DNA from: Nostoc sp. DedSLP01
GTDB lineage: Bacteria > Cyanobacteriota > Cyanobacteriia > Cyanobacteriales > Nostocaceae
NCBI GenBank assembly: GCA_034530875.2
Contig: JAVRCJ020000003.1
Span: 32,001-96,000, forward strand
DNA length: 64,000 nt
Direction of reading: 5' to 3'
This document shows positions 10,424 to 21,389 of this stretch, one piece after another. The notes under the pieces are model-generated. The model was given only the letters and a program-made list of their open reading frames with translations, was not told where the DNA came from and searched no databases. Position numbers and translations under genes: made by a program. Each line of letters begins with the position of its first letter. Position 1 is the first letter of the stretch.

Positions 10424-13400
10424 GTGGAACCCATAGCTATTGTTGGTATTGGTTGTCGCTTTCCTGGCGCTAACAATCCAGAGGAATTCTGGCATATTTT
10501 ATCTAATGGCATTGATGCTATATCCGAAGTCCCTAAAGAACGATGGGATGTAGATAATTTCTACCATCCCCAACCTGCCACACCAGGCAAAATGAGTACT
10601 CGTTATGGTGGATTTATTGAGGGAGTAGATAGTTTCGATCCGGCCTTTTTTGGCATTTCCCCGCGTGAGGCTGAACGTATAGATCCCCAACAGAGGTTAG
10701 TTCTCAAAGTTGTTTGGGAGGCTTTGGAAAATGCTGCAATTGTGCCTGCTAGCCTCTCTGGTAGTCAGACAGGAGTGTTTATTGGAATTGGCAACTATGA
10801 TTATGGAATTGTCATTTCCAAAGATTTAGAGCGCATCAATGCCTACGATGGCACCGGTAATACACTTGGTGTTGCTGCAAATCGGGTGTCTTATCTGCTC
10901 AACCTGCGGGGCCCGAGTTTAGCGATAGAAACATCCTGTTCTTCCTCGCTGGTAGCGATACATTTGGCTTGTCGCAGCCTGGAAAATGCCGAGTCCGATT
11001 TATGCTTGGTGGGAGCAGTTAGTTTAATGTTGTCGCCACAACAAACTATTATTTACTCCCAAGCTCGGATGATGGCATCTGATGGGCGTTGTAAGACCTT
11101 CGATGCTAGTGCTGATGGTTACGTTCGCGGTGAAGGCTGTGGGATTGTCGTACTCAAGCGTCTAAGGGATGCGATTAGAGATGGCGATCGCATTCAAGCA
11201 GTCATCCGCGGTACGGCAATTAATCAAGATGGTTTGAGTAATGGCTTGACTGCTCCTAACGGGCCTTCGCAACAGGCTGTGATTCGCCAAGCTTTAGAAA
11301 ATGCAGGGGTTGAGCCGTCCCAAATCAACTATGTAGAAGCACATGGAACCGGTACATCTTTAGGAGATCCGATTGAAGTCAGGTCTTTAAAAACTGTACT
11401 GATGCCAGGACGCAGTGCCGAGCAGCCTTGTTTGATTGGTTCGGTAAAAACCAATATCGGTCATTTAGAAGCTGCGGCTGGGATGGCTGGCTTAATCAAG
11501 GTAGTACTGGCACTACAGCACAAAAAAATTCCAGCCCACCTGCATCTTAAAGAGTTGAATCCATACATTTCCTTGGCTGGGACACCTATGGGTATCCCTA
11601 CAGAACTCCAGCCTTGGAATGTGAATGGAGGAACTCGTTTGGCAGGTATTAGTTCTTTTGGTTTTGGGGGTACTAATGCCCACATCATTGTCGAGGAAGC
11701 AGTCTCTAAAGAGGGTGTGGGTACAGGCACATACACAGATCCCGAGAGTTTTTTCCCCACGTCATCACCTCTCGCCCTCACCGCGTCTGCTTCTCGTCCT
11801 TTACATTTATTGAGTTTGTCTGCAAAAAGCGAACAAGCTTTACAAGATTTGGGCCAGCGCTATGTAGATTTTCTGGCAAGGTATCCAGAGTTATCTCTGG
11901 CTGATATTTGCTTTACTGCTAGTACGGGGCGATCGCATTTTGATTATCGCTTGGCTGTGAGTGCTGAATCTGTCGAACAATTAAAAGAGCAGTTGAGCGC
12001 TTTCGTTGCCAGACAGCAGTCTGGTGAATTAGTAACCGGCCAGCTAAGTAGCCGCAAACAACCAAAGACAGCCTTTTTGTTCACTGGGCAGGGTTCTCAG
12101 TATGTGAAAATGGGGCGCGAGTTATACGAAACCCAGCCCACTTTCCGTAAAACCTTACAGCAGTGCGATGAAATTCTGCGTTTGTATCTTGACAAATCAC
12201 TGCTAGATGTGCTTTATCCCACCGATAATGACACAGTTGGTCTAGTAGATGAAACTGCCTATACTCAACCAGCACTGTTTGCTTTGGAATATGCCTTATG
12301 CAAACTTTGGCAGTCTTGGGGTATTGCACCTGCTGTAGTCATGGGGCATAGTATCGGAGAATATGTCGCGGCTTGTGTAGCTGGCGTATTCAGCCTAGAA
12401 GACGGATTGAAGCTGATTGCTGCCCGGGGACGGCTGATGCAAGCTCTACCTGCTAATGGCATGATGGTAGCAGTCATGACCAGCCCAGAACAAATAGCAG
12501 AACATATTCAAGGCTACGAAAAGAATATTGCGATCGCTGCTATTAACGGGCCGCGGAGTGTGGTGATTTCTGGGGAACGGCAGGCGGTAGAAACATTGTG
12601 CCAGTCCCTAGACACAGATGGAATCAAAACGAAACAATTAACGGTGTCTCATGCCTTCCATTCTCCATTAATGGCACCGATGATTGAGGAGTTTGCAGCA
12701 GTTGCGAAAACCGTTAACTACTCGCTTCCTCAAATTAAATTAGTTTCTAACGTTACTGGCAAACTCATCAGCCAAGAAGTAGCTAATCCTGAGTACTGGT
12801 GCAATCACGTCCTGCAACCAGTATTATTTGCCGAGGGAATGCAGACTTTAGCACAGCAAAAGTGTGATGTATTATTAGAAGTTGGCCCCAAACCAATATT
12901 ATTGGGTATGGGCAAGCAGTGCTTGTCTGATGCTGAAATCCAAAAACTAGTATGGTTGCCGAGTTTACGTCCAGGCCAATCCGATTGGCAGCAATTACTC
13001 CAGAGTTTGGCACAAATGTACGTGCAAGGAGTAGCAATAGACTGGAAAGGATTTGACCGAGATTACATCCGTCAGCGCGTTCTATTACCTACATATCCCT
13101 TTCAGGAACAACGCTATTGGGTGGAACTTGAAGAAAATCAGTCAGCGAACAAGCAAGTGATTTCTACGAATCTTGTAGAAACTCCTATGTTGCACTTACT
13201 ACAGCAAGGAGAAATTCAACAGCTAACAGAACAAATTGCTAAAACAGCGAATTTATCTGCCCACGAGCAACAATTTTTACCGAAGTTGTTAGAAGTTCTG
13301 GCAAAGCAGTACAAACACGAATCAATAGCGGCCTCAATTCAAGATTGGCTTTACAAAATTGAGTGGCAACCCAAGGCAAGAAAGATTGCAGCAGGTGACA

Positions 13401-15271
13401 AAAAGCCCCAAATCGGCAGTTGGCTGATTCTGGCTGATATGAAAGGAATCGGACAAACTCTTGCCGAACACCTGCAAAAACAAGGATTATCTTGTATTTT
13501 GGTTTATCCAGGCGAATCTTATCAGTCGAAGGGAAATTCTACCTGGATTATTAATCCGACAAGTACAGAAGATTTTCAGCAGTTGCTAAATGAAATTAAG
13601 GTAACTAGCCAAAAGTTACAAGGTGTAATTCACCTGTGGACTTTAGATACAGCTACATCTGAGGTAACAGTACGAGAGTTAGAAAAATCCCAGGTGTTGG
13701 GCTGTAGTAGCGTTCTATCTCTAGTACAGGCTCTAACTCAAGACAGCGAAGTTGATTCACTCCGTCTGTGGTTAGTGACGCAAGGCGCGCAGCCAGTAAA
13801 AACTTTACCGCGAGTTACCCAAGCATCATTATGGGGTATGGGTAAAGTAGTGGCTCTCGAGCATCCTGAAATATTCGGTGGGATGGTAGATTTATCTGTT
13901 GAGCCAACGTCAGAGGAAATATCCTTACTGTTGTCAGACATTGCAGATCCTCAAGGTGAAGACCATCTAGTATATCGTGGCGGACAACGTTATGTAGCTC
14001 GTTTGATACCCAAACAATTACCATCTACCTTAGAAAGTTGTTCGATATCCCCGGATAGCACTTATTTAATTACAGGCGGACTCGGGGCGCTAGGGTTGAA
14101 AGTGGCAGAGTGGTTGGTGGAACAAGGAGCCAAACAACTGGTACTGACTGGGCGCAAACAGCCAACAGCCGAAGCACAAACAGCGATCGCTCGTTTAGAA
14201 AAAATGGGAGCTACAATCCTAGCAGCCCAAGCTGATGTCACCCAAGAGCAAGATTTATCACAGCTATTAGAAACAGTGCAAGCAACAATGCCACCGCTAG
14301 GCGGGATCGTTCATGCAGCAGGGGTTGTGGGATATGAAACATTGCCATCTCTGCAATGGGAGTCCCTAGAGGCAGTATTACGCCCTAAAACGATGGGTAC
14401 TTGGCTGTTACACGAACTCACCCAAGATATAAACCTGGATTTCTTTGTTGTTTTCTCTTCTATTGCCTCAGTATGGGGTTCTCGCGGACAAGCTCATTAC
14501 GCAGCTGCCAATGCTTTCCTAGATAGTTTTGCTCACTATCGCCAAGGACAGGGAATGCCGACTTTAAGTGTGAACTGGGGCCCCTGGGCTGATGGTGGTA
14601 TGGCTTCTGATGAAGCCCAAAGTTGGCTGACTCGTATGGGAATTGGCATATTACAACCAGAACAAGCGCTGACAGCTTTGGGTTTATTACTTGGCTCGGA
14701 TACAGCGCAGGCAACTGTAACTCAGGTGGATTGGGCGCTGTTCAAGAGGTTATACGAGGCCAGAGGACGGCGAACTTTATTTGACGAGATATTAATTCAA
14801 CCATTAGCTGACAACCAACAGCAGCCAACTACTACATCAACACTGGTGGAAGAGTTAGAAGCTGCTTCAGTTAGCGAGGCAAGAGCCATGTTAACTGCTT
14901 ATCTCCAGACAGAAGTCGGCAAAGTACTGGGCTTTGAGGCATCAAAACTGCCTAACCCAGAGCAAGGCTTTCTCGATATGGGTATGGATTCGCTGATGGC
15001 AATTGATTTAAAAAACCGACTAGATAAGAACCTGGGAACAACATTGCCCTCAACAATTACATTTGAGTGTCCGACAATTGTCGATTTAGTCAAATATTTG
15101 GGGCGAGAGGTGTTGAACTGGGACAGTACCGCCAGCGATGTCATAACTTCGCCAGACGAACAGGAAAGGGCTGCAACGGTGGAAGGAATTCAGCAACTTT
15201 CAGAAGATGCACTTGAACTTTCAATAGCAGAGGAACTAGCAGGATTAGAATCTTTACTTCAAAGGAATTAA
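10424..15271 (+). CDS. Type I PKS module KS-AT-KR-ACP
   Basis: KS triad (TSCSSS, EAHGTGT, NIGHLEAA); AT with GHSIG and HAFH (malonyl type); KR with GGLGALG and VWG...YAAAN, no LDD (A-type); ACP GMDSL. Confidence 0.95.
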   Translation: MEPIAIVGIGCRFPGANNPEEFWHILSNGIDAISEVPKERWDVDNFYHPQPATPGKMSTRYGGFIEGVDSFDPAFFGISPREAERIDPQQRLVLKVVWEALENAAIVPASLSGSQTGVFIGIGNYDYGIVISKDLERINAYDGTGNTLGVAANRVSYLLNLRGPSLAIETSCSSSLVAIHLACRSLENAESDLCLVGAVSLMLSPQQTIIYSQARMMASDGRCKTFDASADGYVRGEGCGIVVLKRLRDAIRDGDRIQAVIRGTAINQDGLSNGLTAPNGPSQQAVIRQALENAGVEPSQINYVEAHGTGTSLGDPIEVRSLKTVLMPGRSAEQPCLIGSVKTNIGHLEAAAGMAGLIKVVLALQHKKIPAHLHLKELNPYISLAGTPMGIPTELQPWNVNGGTRLAGISSFGFGGTNAHIIVEEAVSKEGVGTGTYTDPESFFPTSSPLALTASASRPLHLLSLSAKSEQALQDLGQRYVDFLARYPELSLADICFTASTGRSHFDYRLAVSAESVEQLKEQLSAFVARQQSGELVTGQLSSRKQPKTAFLFTGQGSQYVKMGRELYETQPTFRKTLQQCDEILRLYLDKSLLDVLYPTDNDTVGLVDETAYTQPALFALEYALCKLWQSWGIAPAVVMGHSIGEYVAACVAGVFSLEDGLKLIAARGRLMQALPANGMMVAVMTSPEQIAEHIQGYEKNIAIAAINGPRSVVISGERQAVETLCQSLDTDGIKTKQLTVSHAFHSPLMAPMIEEFAAVAKTVNYSLPQIKLVSNVTGKLISQEVANPEYWCNHVLQPVLFAEGMQTLAQQKCDVLLEVGPKPILLGMGKQCLSDAEIQKLVWLPSLRPGQSDWQQLLQSLAQMYVQGVAIDWKGFDRDYIRQRVLLPTYPFQEQRYWVELEENQSANKQVISTNLVETPMLHLLQQGEIQQLTEQIAKTANLSAHEQQFLPKLLEVLAKQYKHESIAASIQDWLYKIEWQPKARKIAAGDKKPQIGSWLILADMKGIGQTLAEHLQKQGLSCILVYPGESYQSKGNSTWIINPTSTEDFQQLLNEIKVTSQKLQGVIHLWTLDTATSEVTVRELEKSQVLGCSSVLSLVQALTQDSEVDSLRLWLVTQGAQPVKTLPRVTQASLWGMGKVVALEHPEIFGGMVDLSVEPTSEEISLLLSDIADPQGEDHLVYRGGQRYVARLIPKQLPSTLESCSISPDSTYLITGGLGALGLKVAEWLVEQGAKQLVLTGRKQPTAEAQTAIARLEKMGATILAAQADVTQEQDLSQLLETVQATMPPLGGIVHAAGVVGYETLPSLQWESLEAVLRPKTMGTWLLHELTQDINLDFFVVFSSIASVWGSRGQAHYAAANAFLDSFAHYRQGQGMPTLSVNWGPWADGGMASDEAQSWLTRMGIGILQPEQALTALGLLLGSDTAQATVTQVDWALFKRLYEARGRRTLFDEILIQPLADNQQQPTTTSTLVEELEAASVSEARAMLTAYLQTEVGKVLGFEASKLPNPEQGFLDMGMDSLMAIDLKNRLDKNLGTTLPSTITFECPTIVDLVKYLGREVLNWDSTASDVITSPDEQERAATVEGIQQLSEDALELSIAEELAGLESLLQRN

Positions 15272-15272
15272 C

Positions 15273-18200
15273 ATGGCTGAGTATTCTCCAAAAGTAGACC
15301 AGTTGAATTCATCACAGCGCTTGCTTTTGGCATTAAAGGAAGCGCGGGCTAAACTTGAGGCGGTAGAGCGTTCCAAAAGCGAGCCGATCGCCATCGTTGG
15401 TGCTAGCTGTCGGTTTCCTGGCAAAGCCAATAACCCAGAAGCATTTTGGCAGCTATTGCGTAATGGGGTAGATGCGATTACAGAAGTTCCCCCTCAGCGA
15501 TGGGACATAGACGCTTACTACGATCCAGAACCCGATACCCCAGGCAAAATATATACCCGCTTTGGTGGTTTTTTGGAAGATGTAGACCAGTTCGATCCGC
15601 AGTTTTTTGGCATGTCTCCCCGAACGGCGGCAATGTCAGATCCACAACAGCGATTGCTCCTACAAGTCAGCTGGGAAGCTTTAGAGAATGCAGGTCAAGT
15701 TCCAGAAAGGTTGTCAGGTAGCCAAACTGGGGTTTTTGTCGGAATTACCACCAATGATTATGCACGTCTTTTGCTTCAAGATGGCGGACTGAGCCAAATT
15801 GACGCCAATTACATCACAGGTAACCCACTCAACACTGTTGCCGGACGGCTATCTTACACATTAGGTCTACAAGGGCCCAGTTTAGTAGTTGATACAGCTT
15901 GTTCCAGTTCTTTGGTAGCAGTTCATTTAGCTTGTCAAAGTCTCCGCAATCAAGAGTGCGATCGCGCCTTGGCAGGAGGAGTCAACGTAATTTTGTCACC
16001 AGAAGGTGCAGTGGCTCTGTGCCGGACACGGATGATGTCGCAGGATGGTCGTTGTAAAACCTTTGATGCTAACGCTGATGGTTTTGTCCGTTCGGAAGGA
16101 TGTGGTGTTATCGTCCTCAAACGACTCTCGGATGCTTTAGCTGATGGAGACAACATCTTAGCTTTGATTCGCGGTTCAGCAGTCAATCATAATGGTGGCA
16201 GCAGTAGCAGTTTCCTGGCACCGAGTGGAGTATCTCAACAAGCTGTGATTCGTAAAGCTCTAGAGAATAGCGGCGTCAAGCCAGCCGACATCGATTATGT
16301 TGAAGTTCAAGGTACTGGCACAGCTTTAGGAGGCGATCCGCTAGAAGTGGCAGCTTTAGCGGCAGTATATAGCCAGGATCGTCCCCGGGAGCGACCGCTG
16401 GTAATCGGGTCGGTGAAAACCAACATTGGTCACCCAGAATCAGCCGCAGGTATAGCAGCCTTACTCAAGGTTGTGCTTTCCCTACAAAATAAAGAAATTC
16501 CACCCCATTTAAATTTCAAACAGCCCAATCCTCACATTAACTGGGATAAATTACCAGTAAAAGTACCAACCGAACTGATGCCTTGGTCTAGTGATTCCAG
16601 GCGGCTGGCGGCAGTCAATAGCTATGGAGCCAGCGGTACTAATGCTCATGTTGTACTTGAAGAAGCGCCAGTTCTAGAGACAATTACAGAATCTGCGGAG
16701 CGTCCCCTGCATCTATTAACGCTATCAGCTAAGACCGATGTGGCATTGAAGCAGTTAGCCAAAAAATACGAGAGCCACTTAGCTGCACATCCAGAGTTAC
16801 CGATTCAAAACATTTGTTTTACTGCTAACACTGGTCGCTTGCACTTCGAGCATAGATTAAGTGCGATCGCTACTTCTTCAGTGCAACTGCACCAACAGCT
16901 AGCAGCTTTTGCTGCTGGACAACAAGCAACCGCAGTCTTTCAAGGACAAATAGAAGGAAATAGCCAGCCCAAAATAGCTTTTGTCTTCGCGGGTGAGGAA
17001 TCCCAATACGTGAATATGGGGCGCCAACTTTATGAAACCCAACCGGAGTTCCGCAAATGGCTTGAGCGCTGCGAAAATATTTTGGGTTCTGAGCTAAAAC
17101 AGCCTTTAATTGAGATTTTGTACCCGCAAACACGGACTAACTCTCCTTTAAATGAAACTAGTTACAGCCAACCTGCTTTATTTGCCGTAGAGTATGCCCT
17201 CTTCCAGTTATGGAAATCCTGGGGCATAGAACCTAGTGTAGTCATGGGTCATGGTGTAGGAGAATATGTAGCCGCCTGTGTAGCTGGAATTTTCACCTTG
17301 GAAGAAGGTTTGCAGCTGGTTGCTCAAAGAGGACGCTTGCTGGAAACACTGTCCTCAGAATCAATATTAGAGAAATTTCAGCAGGCTGCCGAAGCGGTAA
17401 CTTACTATAAACCTCAAATTGCTTTCGTTTCTAGCCTCACTGGAGAATTAGCAACAAATGAAGTTAGCACCCCTGAATATTGGTGCGATCGCTTGCAACA
17501 GCCTGGGAAATTTGCTGCTAGTATCCAAACTCTGGCTCGACAAGAGTATAAGTTATTTGTCGAAATTGGTTGTCAGCCGCTTGGCAACAATTTGCCGGAC
17601 ATTGAGGGAGTTTGGCTTCCTAGCCTCAATCCAGAAAAAGAAGATTGGCAACAGCTACTAGAGAGTTTGGCAACATTATACGTAGGTGGTGTGAGAGTAG
17701 ACTGGTTGGGTTTTGACCGGGGCTATTTGCATCAACGCTTACCATTACCAACTTATTCTTGGCAGCAACAGCGCTGTTGGTTTGAGCCGACGAAAAATGG
17801 TCGCGGTAAGCTAGAAAACTCGTCTATAGCTAACTTATTTAGTCAAAGCGATCGCCAACAATTAGTTAACCAGTTAGAAAACACTGGAGAACTCACAAAA
17901 GATGAGTTGAGGTTGCTCCCCAGAATTGTTGAATTCCTAATCGAGCAATTCCAGCAGGAGATTGAAGTATCTCAACCACACGAAAAAATAGAACAAACAT
18001 CAATCCCCCAGGTGGATGTAAGTACTCTAACCGCAGCAGATATTCAAGTTTGGCTAGTTAATAAAGTTGTTAACGAGTTAGGAGTCAAATCTGAGGACAT
18101 TAACCTCCAAGCACCTTTTGATAGTTACGGTCTAGATTCAGTACTGGCAATTGGTATTGCTAGTGCTGGCGAACAATATTTTGGAGTTAAACTGTCTCCT

Positions 18201-18293
18201 TTGGTGTTAGTGCATTATCCAACAATTGAATCTCTTTCTCACTATTTAGCTCAAGAAATTGCAGCTTCAGAGTCAGAAATGTTTGAAATCTAA
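15273..18293 (+). CDS. Degenerate PKS module KS0-AT0-ACP
   Basis: KS Cys retained (DTACSSS) but HGTGT is QGTGT; AT has GHGVG (no Ser) and lacks the HAFH segment; ACP YGLDSV is intact. Confidence 0.9.
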   Translation: MAEYSPKVDQLNSSQRLLLALKEARAKLEAVERSKSEPIAIVGASCRFPGKANNPEAFWQLLRNGVDAITEVPPQRWDIDAYYDPEPDTPGKIYTRFGGFLEDVDQFDPQFFGMSPRTAAMSDPQQRLLLQVSWEALENAGQVPERLSGSQTGVFVGITTNDYARLLLQDGGLSQIDANYITGNPLNTVAGRLSYTLGLQGPSLVVDTACSSSLVAVHLACQSLRNQECDRALAGGVNVILSPEGAVALCRTRMMSQDGRCKTFDANADGFVRSEGCGVIVLKRLSDALADGDNILALIRGSAVNHNGGSSSSFLAPSGVSQQAVIRKALENSGVKPADIDYVEVQGTGTALGGDPLEVAALAAVYSQDRPRERPLVIGSVKTNIGHPESAAGIAALLKVVLSLQNKEIPPHLNFKQPNPHINWDKLPVKVPTELMPWSSDSRRLAAVNSYGASGTNAHVVLEEAPVLETITESAERPLHLLTLSAKTDVALKQLAKKYESHLAAHPELPIQNICFTANTGRLHFEHRLSAIATSSVQLHQQLAAFAAGQQATAVFQGQIEGNSQPKIAFVFAGEESQYVNMGRQLYETQPEFRKWLERCENILGSELKQPLIEILYPQTRTNSPLNETSYSQPALFAVEYALFQLWKSWGIEPSVVMGHGVGEYVAACVAGIFTLEEGLQLVAQRGRLLETLSSESILEKFQQAAEAVTYYKPQIAFVSSLTGELATNEVSTPEYWCDRLQQPGKFAASIQTLARQEYKLFVEIGCQPLGNNLPDIEGVWLPSLNPEKEDWQQLLESLATLYVGGVRVDWLGFDRGYLHQRLPLPTYSWQQQRCWFEPTKNGRGKLENSSIANLFSQSDRQQLVNQLENTGELTKDELRLLPRIVEFLIEQFQQEIEVSQPHEKIEQTSIPQVDVSTLTAADIQVWLVNKVVNELGVKSEDINLQAPFDSYGLDSVLAIGIASAGEQYFGVKLSPLVLVHYPTIESLSHYLAQEIAASESEMFEI

Positions 18294-18333
18294 TGATTTG
18301 AATAATTTAATAAAACCAAGGAAGTTGTCAACA

Positions 18334-20202
18334 ATGAATGCATCTGAAATTGTAGAAAATCTTACCCAACAAGGCGTTCAGCTTTGGGCTGATAATGGCA
18401 AACTCAAAATTAACTCTCCCAAAGGGATTTTAACGCCAGAATTGCGCACAGAAATTGCTCAACGCAAACCAGAAATCCTCAAGTTTTTAAGTCAAAATAA
18501 CCAAACCATCAGCGATAATTGTGCTACTCAGACCGAAGATCTGAGCTTACAAACAATTGGTCGTTTGATTGGAGGATTTTGTAATGGTTCTAGTATAGGC
18601 TTTAAAGCCCCAGTCATCGATTCCAAAGCAATGGCGAAAAAGTTGGTCATCACTTTCCGTCCGTTGCCGCAAGGATACAAAAATGATGCGATTATTAAAT
18701 TTAGAGAAAAATTAGAACTCAAATTTCAGAGTTACGGCATTAAAATTGAACCTTGGGAACAAGCAACAAAAGAGTTTTCCTACGAACTGAAGCTACCATT
18801 TACCAATTGGAAGAAAAGCATCAAAACAAGAGTTATCAAATCTGGCATTAGTGCAGTAGTTGATGTTGAAAGACATCCTAACTTCACAGGAAAATTAAAA
18901 ATTTTTACTGCTGAAAAGCTATATCAAGGCTACTCTCGTTTTATTTTAAAAAATCAAAAAATGTCAGTCTCGAAAATTGCTCAATTTATTAGCTGGGCAG
19001 AAGAAAATATCCGCCCGGCTGAAGACCCTACAAATACTCAAGTAATCGTACTTACAGAGCCAGACGAAAAATTTAGCGATCCCAAAATTCCTTACGAACA
19101 AAAAATTCCCATTGGTATTAGTACTTTAGTTAGAACATTTTCTGAGATTGTCATCGGAGTTTCTCATACTCAGATTTCTATCCTCAATATGAATCTTTCC
19201 GATTCAAAATTTCCTATAGATAATATAGATGAATTCGTTTTAAAATCATTAGTTCCGAAGATTTACGTGCCGATAATGCCACTATCAATGAGTCGATTTG
19301 AAGTGGGAGAATATGACTCAAAGCAATCTGAATATGCGGCAAAATTGGTGAAATTAGGTCAAGAATTAGCATCAACAGGTTTACTTCCTGCTGGCTTTAA
19401 GATTGATAACGTTATTAAAAGAAAGTCACACAGAGATATTGTTGACTGGATGGCTAAAGGACGGACGGGAGTTTCCTATGGTTTTGTTGCTTATGCCGAA
19501 CCACCGCAATATGTAGGGCCAGTTGAAATCTCAGCTAAAGAATGGGAAAGCCTTGCATCTGTAGATGGGTTTAGTAATAACGAACTGCGTCAGAATGAAA
19601 GCGGTAGAAAGTATATCAGAACCAAAATCGGTCAAGAATGGAAGTTTAAGCAAATTCCCGATATTTGGCTTGTATGCTCTCGTTCTGGCTCTAATAAAAC
19701 AAACTTGAATCTTGAAACCGACGTTCTCCGCATTGGGTTAAAAGGTAATTTATTACTCCAATTGCCACAAGGAAACGATTTAGCAGCAGCGGATATCAAG
19801 CCTTCTTACGATATTTATGTGATGATTGCTATGACTCTTGCAGCCGCATTGTATGCACCTGCACTGCTAGAAAATGGCGCACCTATGGTTCATTTTCATG
19901 GATATCCATCAAAAGAATGGTTCCAAAAAAATGAATACTGCACTGGAGTTGAGAATCCATCAGTACCTTGTGGAACTTACGAGGCAGGCGTTTTTAACTT
20001 CTTAGGCATTCGTCAATTGGCTGAGCAAAGTAACAGCAAGTTTGCCTTAGGTAGTTTGATAGAACCAGATCATGGAACCAACTTTATCGCACCCGATCTC
20101 ACGTATATCGTAGACAGGCTCAAAGCAGGAATTGAACAGGGACAAATCGAATTAGGCGGCAAGTATTTGGTGTCCTTAAAAGAAAACTTAGCTCTTAATT
20201 AA
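18334..20202 (+). CDS. TubC_N docking domain fused to a class II aldolase/adducin-like domain (ORF track starts at 18259)
   Basis: N-terminus GVQLWADNGKLKINSPKGILTPELR resembles TubC_N; C-terminus has SGSNK...KPSYD...HFHG...PCGT...DHG. Confidence 0.65.
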   Translation: MNASEIVENLTQQGVQLWADNGKLKINSPKGILTPELRTEIAQRKPEILKFLSQNNQTISDNCATQTEDLSLQTIGRLIGGFCNGSSIGFKAPVIDSKAMAKKLVITFRPLPQGYKNDAIIKFREKLELKFQSYGIKIEPWEQATKEFSYELKLPFTNWKKSIKTRVIKSGISAVVDVERHPNFTGKLKIFTAEKLYQGYSRFILKNQKMSVSKIAQFISWAEENIRPAEDPTNTQVIVLTEPDEKFSDPKIPYEQKIPIGISTLVRTFSEIVIGVSHTQISILNMNLSDSKFPIDNIDEFVLKSLVPKIYVPIMPLSMSRFEVGEYDSKQSEYAAKLVKLGQELASTGLLPAGFKIDNVIKRKSHRDIVDWMAKGRTGVSYGFVAYAEPPQYVGPVEISAKEWESLASVDGFSNNELRQNESGRKYIRTKIGQEWKFKQIPDIWLVCSRSGSNKTNLNLETDVLRIGLKGNLLLQLPQGNDLAAADIKPSYDIYVMIAMTLAAALYAPALLENGAPMVHFHGYPSKEWFQKNEYCTGVENPSVPCGTYEAGVFNFLGIRQLAEQSNSKFALGSLIEPDHGTNFIAPDLTYIVDRLKAGIEQGQIELGGKYLVSLKENLALN

Positions 20203-20274
20203 TCTTTGATTTGTAAGAGACTCTAGTGTGTTGCGATCGCCAGCAAAATTTACCTTAGAAAGATGTGAGTAATC

Positions 20275-21153
20275 ATGACAGCTATAGCAGGTAAAACGGT
20301 ACTTTTAACGGGAGCTTCCCGCGGTCTTGGTGTATTCATTGCTCGTGCTTTAGCAAAAGAAGGTGCAACGATAATCGGCGTTTCTCGTTCCAAGGAGAAA
20401 CTAGAAAAAGTAGGCCTTGAAATCAATGCTTTAGGCTCTAAAGGGATAAGCATTCCCTTTGATATTAGTCAGGTAGAGCAATTGCCGGATCTCTTACAAG
20501 AGGTGAATCAGCTTGCAGGCCCCGTTGATATTCTAATCAATAATGCTGGCATAGAAATTTACCGAGCTTTTCAAGATTACTCGCTTGCAGAACTAAAGTC
20601 AGTATTATCAATTAATTTACTGGCTGCTATGGAATTAACGCGTTTGCTTTTGCCAAGCATGTTACGCCAGCGTAGCGGTCACATTGTCAATATTGCTTCT
20701 TTAGGTGGTAAAAAAGGATCTCCTTACGACAGCATTTATTGTTCTAGTAAAGCTGGGTTGCTGATTTTTAGCGATGCACTTAGGCAAGAATTGGCTGGTA
20801 CTGGTGTAGAAATATCAGCTATTTCTCCAGGATATATAGCCGAATTTGGTATGTTTGCTGATACTCACGTACCTGCACCAGAACTTGCAGGTAAGTCTGC
20901 ACCAGAACAGGTAGTAAAAGCAGTAATTAAAGCTATTAGGGAAAATAAGGCGGAAGTGATTGTCAATCAAGATTCTATGACAGAAGTTTTGACGAAATTA
21001 CTATTTGCGGTTGAGCAATTTTTTCCTCGCTTTGGAGATGCGGTTCATCAGCGGTTAGGTGTAGGAGAGTTAAACAAAATGCGTGTAAAAAATCAAATAA
21101 TTGCAAATATATCTAAAAACCAAGTTTATTTAGATAAAGTTTCAAATAAATGA
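20275..21153 (+). CDS. Short-chain dehydrogenase/reductase
   Basis: TGASRGLG, NNAG and YCSSK (YxxxK) motifs. Confidence 0.92.
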   Translation: MTAIAGKTVLLTGASRGLGVFIARALAKEGATIIGVSRSKEKLEKVGLEINALGSKGISIPFDISQVEQLPDLLQEVNQLAGPVDILINNAGIEIYRAFQDYSLAELKSVLSINLLAAMELTRLLLPSMLRQRSGHIVNIASLGGKKGSPYDSIYCSSKAGLLIFSDALRQELAGTGVEISAISPGYIAEFGMFADTHVPAPELAGKSAPEQVVKAVIKAIRENKAEVIVNQDSMTEVLTKLLFAVEQFFPRFGDAVHQRLGVGELNKMRVKNQIIANISKNQVYLDKVSNK

Positions 21154-21389
21154 AAAAGAATTCAAAATTCAACAATCTTTTAGTGTGGAATTCACCAAAA
21201 ATTCGAGTTAGTGTATTCCTGTCCTAGAGCGCAGGCTTCCGACGATATGAAATTTTCAAGACAGATATGCCACTAATATTCAAGAACATAATTAGCAATA
21301 ATCTTGTTCTTTCTGTCAAGATTTGAGTCATCAATAAAGTGCATTTAAACATTAAAGAACATGAAGACAATAATAGGGAGATTAATTGA

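Noticed and set aside
18334..20202. NRPS module
   Set aside because: Only the docking-like N-terminus resembles NRPS; no HHxxxDG, adenylation or carrier motifs.
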